Part shown: positions 46,650-57,700 of the stretch, in pieces
Layout of the letters: each line of letters starts with the position of its first letter
How positions within the stretch are numbered: position 1 is the first letter of the stretch
Virus record (IMG/VR): IMGVR_UViG_3300020049_006942
Length of the DNA: 64,000 nucleotides
DNA from: a virus
Taxonomy: Duplodnaviria; Caudoviricetes
Strand: one strand, 5' to 3'
The notes under the pieces: generated by a model
Database searches by the model: none
Told to the model about the DNA's origin: nothing
Seen by the model: only the letters and a program-made list of their open reading frames with translations
Program-made: the position numbers and the translations under genes

Positions 46650-47540
46650 ATGATAAACGAATTAAAAACTATATTCGAAAAGGTAGATTCTGAGATTCTT
46701 TCTGAGGATGTGCTTACAAAGATTGCTTCTCTTGTGGAAGAAAAAGTCAACTCGAAACTCGACGAACGCGCCACTCTCGAAGTAGAGAATGCTCTTAAAC
46801 TTCAATTAGAAAAATTTGAAAAAGCTAGCAAAATCGTTCTTGAAAGAATCGACAAAGATCACTTAGCCAAAGTTCAACAAGCTGTGAAATTTATTAATGA
46901 AGATCACACTGCTAAACTTGTCCAGCTAAAAGAGGGACATGATAAACTTCTTAAAGAGACTGCTGTTAAGCATCGCGATTTTGTTGTGGAAGGTGTTAAT
47001 GAATTTATTGACATGTATATCGAGAAGAACCTTCCTCGCGAACAAATCGCCGAAGCTGCAAAAAATCAATATGCAATGAAGCAGATCGAAGAGGCTCGTA
47101 AGATTCTAGGGATTGATGAGAAATATATCAAGACCAATATTAAGGAAGCATTTGTCGATGGTAAGAAACAAGTTGACCAACTTATCAAAGAAAATACACA
47201 ACTCAAGAAAGAGCGTATTATCGAAGAAAGTCAAAATGTTTTAGCCAAGAAGGTTTCAAATCTTCCAGCCAATGTTGCAAAATTCGTTAAAAGTCGCTTA
47301 GAAGGTAAATCACCAGAATTTATCAAAGAAAATTTCCAATATGTCATTGACATGTATAAACGCTCTCAGAAAAATGAGAAACGTTCTGCACTAATCAATG
47401 AAGGTAAAAATCTCAACGTTGATCGGACTAGGGTAGCCGATGAAATCTTAAAAGAAAACACTGATCATAACCAATCACATTCAAATGTCTCAAACGACCC
47501 AATGGATATGTATGTAGAAGGTATGAAATTCAGAAAATAA
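46650..47540 (+). CDS. gp22: Prohead scaffold protein, T4 gp22-like
   Basis: Coiled-coil, ILSED N-terminus, multiple (I/L)xE sites, DPMDMY C-terminus, directly upstream of the major capsid gene. Confidence 0.82.
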   Translation: MINELKTIFEKVDSEILSEDVLTKIASLVEEKVNSKLDERATLEVENALKLQLEKFEKASKIVLERIDKDHLAKVQQAVKFINEDHTAKLVQLKEGHDKLLKETAVKHRDFVVEGVNEFIDMYIEKNLPREQIAEAAKNQYAMKQIEEARKILGIDEKYIKTNIKEAFVDGKKQVDQLIKENTQLKKERIIEESQNVLAKKVSNLPANVAKFVKSRLEGKSPEFIKENFQYVIDMYKRSQKNEKRSALINEGKNLNVDRTRVADEILKENTDHNQSHSNVSNDPMDMYVEGMKFRK

Positions 47541-47562
47541 ACAAAAACAATAAATAACTATT

Positions 47563-49173
47563 ATGCAATCACTAGCTTCAAACTACGTAGACGCGGCTCC
47601 CTCAATGATCAACAAAGAGAGAGGTCGCTCACTTATCGGTAAATGGGGAAAAATCCTTAATTTCACCGACTCACAAACTAAGCCTATCGAAGGCTATCAA
47701 AAACGTCTGGCTACCGCGCTTATGTGCGAAAACCAGGAAACATGGCTCCGCCAAAACGGTCTTATGCCGCGCTCACTCTTGCAGGAAGCACCAGTAAATG
47801 GTTCTGCTCCTCTAGGTGGTCCTGCTAATACCCCATTTGTTGCGGGTGGAAATGACACTGTATGGGGCGGTACTGCTACTAATGGTGCATACGGCGCACA
47901 ATACGGTCCTGGAACTGGTGGAAACCAAGATTTCTATGCTCCTGGTGATGCTCGTCTTCCTAAGACACTCATTCCGATGATTCGTCGTACATTCCCTGAG
48001 TTAATCACTCATGAAATCGTCGGTGTTCAACCTATGAGCGGTCCTGTCGGTCTTGCTTTCGCCCTCCGTTATTTCTATGACGAATCTCCTCTTGCATGTT
48101 CCCCTTGGAACGATAAGGGTTGTGCAGTCGGTAGCAAAACTTTCCCAACCGGTCATCTTGGTACCTCCAACGATGAAGCTGGTTTCCAAAAGCTCTTTAC
48201 TGGTCACACTGGTATTTCTGCTGCTGGTCTTTCTGGTGCAGGTTCTACAACTTCCACAACTACTTCTGGTTCGGTCTTTGACTTTACTCCACAAGATTCT
48301 GGTGTTGCACAACTTCTAAGTCACTTTGAAGCATCAAGCAACATTCCTACGATGTCCCTAAGAATCGAGAAGCAAGCCGTTGAAGCTGGTACTCGTCGTC
48401 TCGGAACATCCTGGTCCATGGAACTTGAACAAGACCTTATGAATATGAACGGTATTGACATTGACTCAGAAATGACCAATGCAATGTCCTATGAAATTCA
48501 GGCCGAAATCGACCGTGAAATGGTTATCCGTATGATCCAAGTTTCTCTTAATAGTGGATTTGGTACTGGATACTCTATCTGGAAACCACAGCTTGCTGAT
48601 GGTCGCTGGTTCGCAGAACGTGGTGTGGACTTCTATGCAAAGATTGTTGTAGAAGCAAACCGTATCGCTATCAAGAATCGTCGTGGTCCTGCTAATTTCA
48701 TCATTGCAACTCCGAAGGTTTGTACAATTCTTCAATTGCTTCCTGAATTCCGCGCATTTGAAATTTCCTCAAATATCCAAGTTCACCCAAATGGTGTTGC
48801 TCGCGTAGGAACTCTTGCTGGTCAGTTCAATATCTATCGTGATACAAGAACAGAAGCTCAATATCTTGCAGGTGTTCGCGCCGAGCCGATTGAGTATGCT
48901 CTTCTAGGTTACAAAGGTTCTGAATTCTGGGACACTGGTATCGTCTATTGTCCTTACATCCCAGTTCTTGTTCAAAGAACTATCTCTCCTCATACATTCA
49001 CACCAAATGTGGGTATGATGACAAGATACGGTGTTATTGATCATCTCTTCGGTTCCGGTAATTTCTACCACTTAATCATCGCTCGCGATCTTAACAATGG
49101 TCATCTTACTACTGCTGGTGCTGCTCAAACAGCTACTAACCCAAGCACTCTCAACTACACTTACCTAAGTTAA
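47563..49173 (+). CDS. gp23: Major capsid protein, T4 gp23-like
   Basis: KW..IL, TA...ENQ, IPMIRRTFP, GVQPMSGPVGLAFALR, WSMELEQDL, EIQAEIDRE, YCPYIP, TRYG. Confidence 0.98.
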   Translation: MQSLASNYVDAAPSMINKERGRSLIGKWGKILNFTDSQTKPIEGYQKRLATALMCENQETWLRQNGLMPRSLLQEAPVNGSAPLGGPANTPFVAGGNDTVWGGTATNGAYGAQYGPGTGGNQDFYAPGDARLPKTLIPMIRRTFPELITHEIVGVQPMSGPVGLAFALRYFYDESPLACSPWNDKGCAVGSKTFPTGHLGTSNDEAGFQKLFTGHTGISAAGLSGAGSTTSTTTSGSVFDFTPQDSGVAQLLSHFEASSNIPTMSLRIEKQAVEAGTRRLGTSWSMELEQDLMNMNGIDIDSEMTNAMSYEIQAEIDREMVIRMIQVSLNSGFGTGYSIWKPQLADGRWFAERGVDFYAKIVVEANRIAIKNRRGPANFIIATPKVCTILQLLPEFRAFEISSNIQVHPNGVARVGTLAGQFNIYRDTRTEAQYLAGVRAEPIEYALLGYKGSEFWDTGIVYCPYIPVLVQRTISPHTFTPNVGMMTRYGVIDHLFGSGNFYHLIIARDLNNGHLTTAGAAQTATNPSTLNYTYLS

Positions 49174-49188
49174 TCCTTAGATAGGAAG

Positions 49189-49219
49189 AAAAACCCGCTA
49201 GGCAACTAGCGGGTTTTTT
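49189..49219 (+). terminator. Rho-independent terminator after the major capsid gene
   Basis: AAAAACCCGCTAG-GCAA-CTAGCGGGTTTTTT. Confidence 0.9.
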
Positions 49220-49267
49220 ATTTAGGAAAACGGTTGAAATGATCATGTTTATGGTGTAAATTATGTA

Positions 49268-50755
49268 ATGGCAAATAAGAAAATGTCTTTCGATTCATTT
49301 AGAGATAAAGCGAATGCAGTACACAACAACAAGTATAATTATGATAAAACTGAGTTCAAAACTCTTCGCGATTATATTATAATATCATGTCCAGAACATG
49401 GGGAATTTACTCAAAGGGCAAATGCTCATTTAGATAAACAGGGGTGTAGAAAGTGTCGAAATGTGGGGATTGGAAACAGACTCCGTTCCAACAAAGAAGA
49501 GTTTATAAAGCAAGTAAACATCTTACACGATAATAAATATGATTACAGCAAATTTCTCTATGTTACTGATAAAATATCTGGCATTATATACTGTCCTATT
49601 CATGATTTAGAATTCTCTCAGACACCAAGTAATCATAAAAAAACCAAAGAGGGATGTCCTAAATGTTCTAGAGAATTACATGCTAAATTAAAGAGAAATT
49701 CCTTAGAAAGGACTATAGAATTGTGCGAACATATACATGGGGAGGGAGCGTTTAATTACTCCAAAATACCAGAAAATGTTCATAGTCACGACAGAGTTAC
49801 TATTACATGTAATACATGTGGCGGAACATTTGAACAGTTGATGTATTCGCATTCCAATATAGGCAACGGCTGTCCTATTTGTAAAGTTTCTAAAGATGAG
49901 ATTCAATTAGGTCGATTTATAGAGGACGAATTAGGTATATCTATCAATAGAAGTGATCGAGCGATATTAGAAGGTAAAGAAATAGATATATTAATTCCTT
50001 CTCATAATATAGGTATTGAGATAAACGGAAATTACTGGCATTCTGATATAATCGCAAAACATGATAAACAGTATCATCTGGACAAGACTTTAGGAGCATA
50101 TACCAAAGGAGTACAACTGTTGCAGTTTTTTGGAGATGAGTTGTTCTATAAGGAAGCGATATGTAAATCTATTGTACGTAATAAGTTGGGTCTTGCTAGT
50201 AGATTGTATGCAAGGAAGTGTCTAATTAAAGAGGTATCTGTAGATGATAAGAATGTATTTCTGGATAATAATCATATACAAGGGAAAGATCATTCTAAAA
50301 TAAAGCTGGGATTATATTATAATGATGAATTGGTTTCTCTTATGACTTTCGGTTCTCCTAGATATAATAAAGAAGTTGAGTGGGAACTGATACGGTTTTG
50401 TTCTAAATTGAACACATGTATTGTGGGGGCGGCATCCAAACTATTTCAACACTTTATAAAAAATTATGATCCAAAATCTATAATATCATATGCAGACAGA
50501 AGAATAAGTGATGGTAACTTATATGACGTTTTAGGGTTTATACATACTCATGATGCCGCACCTAGATACTATTACATGCATCGCAAAAACTATTTAAAAA
50601 GATTTCACCGTTCCAATTTCACAAAGGACCGAATTAAAAAACTGTATCCAGAAGTAGATATAGTTAATAATGACGAATGGACTTTGATGCAATCCTTAAA
50701 CTATGATCGAATATGGGACTGTGGAAATAAAGTATATGTATGGAGAAACAATTAA
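49268..50755 (+). CDS. Hef-like homing endonuclease (zinc-ribbon repeats + Vsr-like nuclease + C-terminal domain)
   Basis: Three C..HG.F...H....GCP.C repeats; EIDI....IGIE.NG.YWH; YARKC..FL..NH.QG; IWDCG. Confidence 0.8.
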   Translation: MANKKMSFDSFRDKANAVHNNKYNYDKTEFKTLRDYIIISCPEHGEFTQRANAHLDKQGCRKCRNVGIGNRLRSNKEEFIKQVNILHDNKYDYSKFLYVTDKISGIIYCPIHDLEFSQTPSNHKKTKEGCPKCSRELHAKLKRNSLERTIELCEHIHGEGAFNYSKIPENVHSHDRVTITCNTCGGTFEQLMYSHSNIGNGCPICKVSKDEIQLGRFIEDELGISINRSDRAILEGKEIDILIPSHNIGIEINGNYWHSDIIAKHDKQYHLDKTLGAYTKGVQLLQFFGDELFYKEAICKSIVRNKLGLASRLYARKCLIKEVSVDDKNVFLDNNHIQGKDHSKIKLGLYYNDELVSLMTFGSPRYNKEVEWELIRFCSKLNTCIVGAASKLFQHFIKNYDPKSIISYADRRISDGNLYDVLGFIHTHDAAPRYYYMHRKNYLKRFHRSNFTKDRIKKLYPEVDIVNNDEWTLMQSLNYDRIWDCGNKVYVWRNN

Positions 50756-51288
50756 ATTGTTTCTATATCAATAACCTCTTCATCCTTTCGCTCCTGTTCA
50801 ATCATCTGCATCTTTTTGATGAACTCTAATGCTTCTTCGCGACTTCCTGACATTATTACATTTGTTTGATTCAATGTTGCACCTGCGGGTAATGCACCAC
50901 GCTTATGTTCCAATTCGCCAATTTGGAAATCGACAAGTTTTTCTTTAACTTCAATTTCTTTATTCTTGGTATCTCGGAAATCTTTGTTTTTCTCTTTATC
51001 GGTTATTAATTTCAATTTCATTTTAACCGCTTCTGCTTGCGATTTACTGATACTTGCATACGTTTCGAAATATTCAACATCCCCTGTAGATTCGACTAGA
51101 CGTTTATTTTCTTCCAATATATCACTATTAGATGCAATTAATTCATCTACCATAAGAAGTGCTTCTTCTAATACATCATCTTCGATATAGGGTTTAGGAG
51201 TTTTAGTAGTTTTCTTAGGCGGAGTTGGGATATTTGCAACTGATAATGCTTTTATTACATCATCTAGTGAATCTTGGTCGTTATTCAT
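50752..51288 (-). CDS. gp16: Terminase small subunit, T4 gp16-like (start reassigned to ATG 51288)
   Basis: Helical ETYASI...AVKM.L.L segment and TNVIMSGSREE motif; TTAAATA 5 nt upstream. Confidence 0.55.
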   Translation of the reverse strand: MNNDQDSLDDVIKALSVANIPTPPKKTTKTPKPYIEDDVLEEALLMVDELIASNSDILEENKRLVESTGDVEYFETYASISKSQAEAVKMKLKLITDKEKNKDFRDTKNKEIEVKEKLVDFQIGELEHKRGALPAGATLNQTNVIMSGSREEALEFIKKMQMIEQERKDEEVIDIETI

Positions 51289-51303
51289 ATAAATATTTAA
51301 CAT

Positions 51304-51543
51304 ATGAACAGAAAACTTTCAATCTTAATAGTGTTCTTGATGATAGGATGTGCATCACCTAAACCACCACCTGTATCGGATTTTCCAGCCAAACCAGAAC
51401 TTAAACAATATACGATTCCACCAGTTATTAGAAAGATAGATAATAATTTTGAAGTTACTGGAGAGTTAATACTGAATTCTACTCTTCTCACTGATTATTA
51501 CAAAAGAATAGATTCTTGGAAACTAAATAATAACATACGATAA
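51304..51543 (+). CDS. Lipoprotein, possible o-spanin
   Basis: Signal II lipobox LMIG-C followed by a Pro-rich segment; late promoter. Confidence 0.6.
   Translation: MNRKLSILIVFLMIGCASPKPPPVSDFPAKPELKQYTIPPVIRKIDNNFEVTGELILNSTLLTDYYKRIDSWKLNNNIR
51496..51541 (+). repeat. 46-bp direct repeat, copy 1
   Basis: TATTACAAAAGAATAGATTCTTGGAAACTAAATAATAACATACGAT, identical to 52261-52306. Confidence 0.92.
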
Positions 51544-51546
51544 TAT

Positions 51547-52260
51547 ATGATTAGTAGATTTGATAACTATTATAAATGGATAGTAGAAAGAACTGGCAAC
51601 GAGAAACAGCGAATTGTATCAGAAGGACTTATAACATCATATCCTGTAGATGTTCTACTCGCTGATCTTAAAAAAAGATACGATAATATCGAATATGATA
51701 ATAAGCGGGGAACATTTATAATTGATCAAATACCTTTAACACACCGAGCTAGTTTGGTTAAAAAACTTGAACTTTATGGATATTTCATCTCGGACGAAAT
51801 GATAGATGATGTTGATTCTAGTTTATTCGCTGTCAGTGTTGAGCCTAAATTCCCTACAGAAATCCCCCACAATATGTTACATGACAAAATACAGTATTGT
51901 TACCATATTACCACTGATAAATATATTGATAAAATTAAAAAAATAGGGTTAGTTCCGAAGGAATCAGTCAGAGAGTTTTATAAACATAGTGGGAGTAGAA
52001 TCTATTTTCTTATAAGCGACAACATAAAGAAAGATATTCCATTATTAAAAAATATGCTAATGGCGGATAATAATCGAAAATTTATACTGAAAAATGCTAC
52101 TAAGTACTATTTGTTACGTGTAAATTTTCAATCATTGAACAAAGACATGGTATTTTATCGTGATCCTCGTTTAACCATTGATAAAGAGTTCAAAGGTTTG
52201 GGTATATTCACATTAGGAAATGTGCCACCAAACAAAATAGAATTTTTGGGACAAATATAA
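51547..52260 (+). CDS. ADP-ribosyltransferase-like (Tpt1/KptA/DarT-like HxT) protein with head-targeting-like N-terminus
   Basis: YHITT...I.KIGL.PK, G.RIYF, YLLRV, DP, VPP..I motifs; MISRFDNYYKWIVE^. Confidence 0.65.
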   Translation: MISRFDNYYKWIVERTGNEKQRIVSEGLITSYPVDVLLADLKKRYDNIEYDNKRGTFIIDQIPLTHRASLVKKLELYGYFISDEMIDDVDSSLFAVSVEPKFPTEIPHNMLHDKIQYCYHITTDKYIDKIKKIGLVPKESVREFYKHSGSRIYFLISDNIKKDIPLLKNMLMADNNRKFILKNATKYYLLRVNFQSLNKDMVFYRDPRLTIDKEFKGLGIFTLGNVPPNKIEFLGQI

Positions 52261-52306
52261 TATTACAAAAGAATAGATTCTTGGAAACTAAATAATAACA
52301 TACGAT
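52261..52306 (+). repeat. 46-bp direct repeat, copy 2
   Basis: Identical to 51496-51541; begins right after the ART-like stop codon. Confidence 0.92.
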
Positions 52307-52595
52307 GAAAGATTTAGAAGATATATACTTGGAGAATTATTTAGCCCATAATTTTATGGGGGCTGACCGCAATCCTCCGATTCGCCCCAAGACTTCAATT
52401 AAACAACATATAGATAAAGTTCAAGGATTGTTTAATTCTTTAAAAATTGAAATCGGACAACTTAAAGATGCACTCGGCGAAAGAGAAGACGATGACAACG
52501 GATTTACCAGTACTTTAGAAACTATTGATGGTTCGATGGAAACTCCCTTTGCAATATTCGACTCTACATTCTTTCAGAATAAGAATAAATTTTAA
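52305..52595 (+). CDS. Small putative head-internal protein
   Basis: MKDLEDIYLE^N tag. Confidence 0.6.
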   Translation: MKDLEDIYLENYLAHNFMGADRNPPIRPKTSIKQHIDKVQGLFNSLKIEIGQLKDALGEREDDDNGFTSTLETIDGSMETPFAIFDSTFFQNKNKF

Positions 52596-52600
52596 ATTAT

Positions 52601-52915
52601 ATGCCAGTATTCCCTCCACCTATCACACAGCCCGTTGCCCCGATAACCGATTATACGGAAGTGCCTTACATACTTAGACAGGCATTGTGGGAAGAACTCG
52701 ATCATCTTAGAGATATTCTAATGGACCAATCGATAAATGTATATGATATTATCATAACTCGACCAGATGGTATATATTTCTTCATAATGGTTAGTTCTGA
52801 TGAGATCACGATGAGGACGAACATATTTTTGCCTGATGAAATTACTGGAGAATTAACCAATAGCCAACCAGTTCTTTTAACACTTGACAGAGATAATTTC
52901 GATTATCTAGTGTAA
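52601..52915 (+). CDS. Hypothetical protein
   Basis: 104-aa acidic ORF, co-oriented. Confidence 0.6.
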   Translation: MPVFPPPITQPVAPITDYTEVPYILRQALWEELDHLRDILMDQSINVYDIIITRPDGIYFFIMVSSDEITMRTNIFLPDEITGELTNSQPVLLTLDRDNFDYLV

Positions 52916-52918
52916 TTG

Positions 52919-54694
52919 TTATTTGGTCCAGACAAATACTAAATTTCCGCAGTCATATATCACTCTATAGTTATTACGAAACATATTTTCAAATTCAGTA
53001 AGAGACTCGTCGTAAACTTCTAATTTATCTTTCAGAAGATGTTTTTGAAAATTATTGCGTGAGTATAAATTGTCTCCGCTCTTAAAGTAAAAATAATTAG
53101 GAGGAGATGTGTGACTTTTCTCGAATCCTAATGTTTTATAAATCTCGCCGGTAGAATATCTAAGATTTGCATATGTTATTATTGATACTGGTGTATAATT
53201 ATTTTTAAAATAAGTTAATAATCTGTTCGCGCCTCCTACCACGGTAGTTTCCAACACGGAGCATAGCCGCGATAATTCCCATTCATAATTCTTATTAAAT
53301 CTGGATTTGCAGAATGTCATTATCTCAACCAACTCCCCACAATACCACAGCCCTATTCGAATGGATGATCGATCTTTTCCTTGTAGATGGTTATTGTTTA
53401 AAAATATTTCAGATTCTTCGGCGGTTACTTCTTTTATAGTACATTTTCGTGCATATATCTTTCTATTTCTTCCATACCTATTGGCTATAATCGATTTCCA
53501 TATTTTTTGCTTTGTCGTATTTTTCCACTCGTTTGAAAATATTTGAAGAAGATTAATGTTATTGGAAATTGCCCATAGAGTTTTATCCAGATGTTTTACT
53601 TTATATTTATGGACCATATCCATATCTCCTGTTGAATGCCAGTACACTCCGTTATATTCGATGGCTAATGATTTTGTTTCATCGTATATGTCTAATTCGC
53701 CGTTAACATTTATTCTTTTCGATTGAATAGCAGTTTTATTAAGTTTATATACAAACGAAAATACTTCGTTCTCTTCCATAGATACACCGACTTCGCCACC
53801 ATCACAGGTCGGACAGTATATGTCTTTCCATCGCGCATTAGTCAGTTCTCGGGAGTGAACCACACCACATCTAGAACACTTCAAATCGAATAGATTATTC
53901 TTTAAAACTGAAAAATCTTTATCTATAAATTCATATCCATTATTTGCTACCTCTTCTACTATACATCGCGTATTATATTTGAACCAGCATAATTTATCAC
54001 ACGCCCTACCATACCCTTTGACAAATGATATAAATTTTTTATTACCTTTATTGCAGCATATACACTTAGGAATTTCAGACAAAGAATTTTTTAATATAAA
54101 CATTCTTTCGCTAAAACAAAAATCTTCAAATTTGTTAATATATTTATAATCTATGGGTTTTTGTTGTTTGGTACGATTTAATATAGTGCGTAGTATGTTT
54201 GAATGCGATGTGTAATAATTTATAGAAATCATCTGATGTTTTCGACCACTATCAGTTTGAGATATTCTACTGTCGATGAAATCTTCAACAGTATTGGTGG
54301 TTTCTTCTATATCATTGGTGGTTTCTATGAATTTTATAAATGTGTCCAATACATTTATAAAATTCTGTTTCTTCTTTTCGGATGATGACTTCCATGTGTT
54401 GACTATTCTCTTACACTTTGAATTACTACAGCATTTGGAATATCCTTGATTTATAGACATGAATCTTAGATATTCTCCGCATATGCACTTGGGAATACTT
54501 GTTATATTTTTAAGTATATGATAAAGACGCTCCGTTATTTTCCCATCTTTTATGTATGATGTTCTGTGTATTATTTGTTGGTATTCATCTGTAGAGTCAA
54601 ACCCCCATCTAACTTTTGCACTGTTCAAGGTATTGGTCTTTTCTATTATAAGATTATTGTTTATATACTCTATGAGTCTGTTATCATGTGTCAT
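52919..54694 (-). CDS. Hef-like homing endonuclease
   Basis: PKC.C repeats, CPTC, ELDIY....AIEYNGVYWH, IYARKC, NHLQG, IYDCG; paralogous C-terminal half with 49268-50755. Confidence 0.8.
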   Translation of the reverse strand: MTHDNRLIEYINNNLIIEKTNTLNSAKVRWGFDSTDEYQQIIHRTSYIKDGKITERLYHILKNITSIPKCICGEYLRFMSINQGYSKCCSNSKCKRIVNTWKSSSEKKKQNFINVLDTFIKFIETTNDIEETTNTVEDFIDSRISQTDSGRKHQMISINYYTSHSNILRTILNRTKQQKPIDYKYINKFEDFCFSERMFILKNSLSEIPKCICCNKGNKKFISFVKGYGRACDKLCWFKYNTRCIVEEVANNGYEFIDKDFSVLKNNLFDLKCSRCGVVHSRELTNARWKDIYCPTCDGGEVGVSMEENEVFSFVYKLNKTAIQSKRINVNGELDIYDETKSLAIEYNGVYWHSTGDMDMVHKYKVKHLDKTLWAISNNINLLQIFSNEWKNTTKQKIWKSIIANRYGRNRKIYARKCTIKEVTAEESEIFLNNNHLQGKDRSSIRIGLWYCGELVEIMTFCKSRFNKNYEWELSRLCSVLETTVVGGANRLLTYFKNNYTPVSIITYANLRYSTGEIYKTLGFEKSHTSPPNYFYFKSGDNLYSRNNFQKHLLKDKLEVYDESLTEFENMFRNNYRVIYDCGNLVFVWTK

Positions 54695-54719
54695 TGATTT
54701 AATTTACTTATAGTAAAAT

Positions 54720-54749
54720 AAAAAAGCAATAGATATCTATTGCTTTTTT
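54720..54749. terminator. Bidirectional terminator after the tail sheath gene
   Basis: AAAAAAGCAATAGATATCTATTGCTTTTTT perfect palindrome. Confidence 0.8.
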
Positions 54750-54758
54750 ATTTATAGA

Positions 54759-57700
54759 TTAGAGTAATTCGTTGAAGTCAACTCCAGAACCAGTAATAAC
54801 CAAATCTACTAAAATAAATTTGACATTTCTTGTTGGTTTAACGTACACTGCTATATTAAGAACACCTTGATCAATTGAATCAGAATTATTATTTCTATCA
54901 TCACATACAATCAAGTAGTCATACAATCCGCCATTATCTTTCATGTATTGAAGGATTGGACGAAGAGTGTTTACAATTCGTGTTCTTGTGATAACATTAT
55001 TCGGAAGACCGATAAACTGTGAAAGATTGCCTTGAATGCTCTTTGCAAGCCACAATGCACCACGACGAACAGATATTTCATTCAATGCAGAACTTTCTTT
55101 GAGAAGTGTAACTGAATTGTATGCAAATGTTCCAGATGGTTCACGAACAATAGGGTTTAGTGCAATTCTAGAAAGAATGTCACGTTCACGTTGATTAGGA
55201 TTGATTGCAAGATCGTTAACATTTGCGAAAACACCATTTGCAAGACCTAATTGAGATGTCCAAGGATATTGATCACGGTCATTTCGTGAATAAAGTGCAG
55301 CAGCAAATGCGGATGGTCCGAACCAACTGTAGCTATCTGTGTTAGAATCATAGGATTTGATCCAGTTTGCATAAGATATACTGTATGATGAACTAATGCC
55401 CTGATATAGGTTTCTCAAGTATGAGTAGATATTACGTCCAAATGTTGCATACTTTTCAGTAGGTTGATTTGTAACAGGATCGAGTGTCATTTGTTTCTGA
55501 CGTTGAACTATTTTATAATCTTTACCATTGACAAATATTTGACGAAGTGGGTCTTGAATATGAACGTGCGGTGTTCCACCAGCAGACTTGCGTGTATAAC
55601 GTGCAAAGCTATCGAATATGTTATAGATAACTTCCCATGCATCTTGAATAGAACTGTTCATAAGAGTTCCGTCGTATGGACTTAAGGAGTCAGTGTTCAC
55701 ATAATATGTATCATCATAGTTATAACAGATGCTTGTACTTGTAACACATGAATCGCTATTTACTGCTTGTCTGGTTGCCCAAATAGTAGAAAGACCATTA
55801 TCAATAGTTATATCAATCGGGAACTCGATAGGATTTTCGACATTTCTAAGTGCTCTTTCGAGTTTAGACGGAAGATTACCCACATCCTTTTTGTAACAGA
55901 GATCGTACAATGCATCACGGCAATATCCGGTATATGCTCCTGCACCATATAGTTTATCGCTATATGCTTGAAGAGTTGCCTCTGCATCGAAATTATCAAA
56001 CACACCTGCTGTTTTTTCACGGAACATACGCACAGTTTTTTGTGGTTTTCCGGTATTATCCGTCCAACAGTTATTCTTTGCCAAGTAAGGATTTACAAGA
56101 ACTTTGAGATAATTGCTAGAATTATTAACAGTGTTCTCTAAGAAGTATGATCTTGCAGGACCGCCGAAGCTGTCATTGATCTTACGATCTGCATTAAGCG
56201 AACCGACAAATTGTTCAACACGAACTTGGTCAAGTTTATTGATAGTTTTAGTTAAGCGTGTAGGACGAAGTTTGAACAAGGACATTATGAGTGAATCGTT
56301 GTAGTCCGAATTTCCAAACTCGACACCCGCATTTTGATGCACTATTTCTGTGATAGAACCAGCGGTTCCGTCGAATGTTTCAGATACTTTGAAGTTCCAA
56401 CGTTCTTCGGGGACAGTTACCCATTCACCCGAAACACCAGGGCATACTTCTTGATAATATCCGGCAACGCCAGTTATATCATCAAAGTTAGTAGCAGGAT
56501 TTACATTCAAGTTATCATTAAGCGCAAGATAGAATCCAGTGAAGTCTTCAAGCTGTGCAGTCTTTAATTTATTAACAACTACGATACCTGCACGAATGTC
56601 ATTATTAGTAACATCGAGGGTAGGCTCTACATTCGCATACGCACCGCATTTCCAGTTGAATTGTTCATTCTCTAGGAGTTGATACTCAGATGCATTTAAA
56701 GTCTTGGAAATAGGCTCTCCAAGCACATAGAAGTTTGCATCATTTAATTGTGCATCGCCACCAACAGGATAGAAATCATATTTATCTTTTTCAGGAATGG
56801 TAAGTCCTAGTGCGGTAATTGTTGCACAGGAAAGACCTGCTTCAACAGGAACACCACAGAATTCAATTAAGAAATCTTGTGTTGTAGCACCTATTGCAGT
56901 AGTAGTTACAGAGAATGTAGCACCTGCACTAATTGTTGAAAGGGTTGTAAGGGTTGTTTTGTAACTTGCTGCAACGTCTGTGTTTGCATTGAAATATTTC
57001 AGAACAGGATTGCTTGCAATAGAATATGTACCAAATACATCACCAGCAGATACTTGAATACCGCTTACAGAACTTCCCGAAAGAAGACCGCTTGTGATAC
57101 TAAATGATTGTGCATATGGTGAGCTTGAGACATTAACCAAGAGACGCTTCGAATCATTTGATAGATTGGTAGAATCTTCGTCAACACTTGCATAAATCGA
57201 AGACAAGTTAAGGGATGTCACAACATTATATGTTGTGGTAGTGCCGCTAACGGTAGGACGAAGTTGGAACACACGAAGTTGCTCCTGTGTGCTGTCGGCA
57301 TCGACAACAAATTTAAATCCTGTTAATATAGAATTGTATTCAAATGGATGATCGTGAATATATAGATATCCAGGGTCTTCGTCACTTGAATTCAGCGGAC
57401 ACTCCATATTAGAAGAACCATAACAAATAGAACTAGATACGAAATATGAATTATATAACCATGGGAAATCAACTCGGCAAGTCTCCTCATCGACACTTCT
57501 ATAGTAGTCACAAACATTTTTCTCAACTGCACTAAGTCCAATAACGGGGAAAATAAGAGTATTAACCATATCGGAATAACCCAATCCACCACCAGAACCA
57601 TATGGCATTCTTGTAAATGTTATGTTTGCATTGGAAGTTGTTAATATTTGTTTTACTGCATTATGGGAATATTTCTCCGCTGGTGTGGACGGAATTCCGA

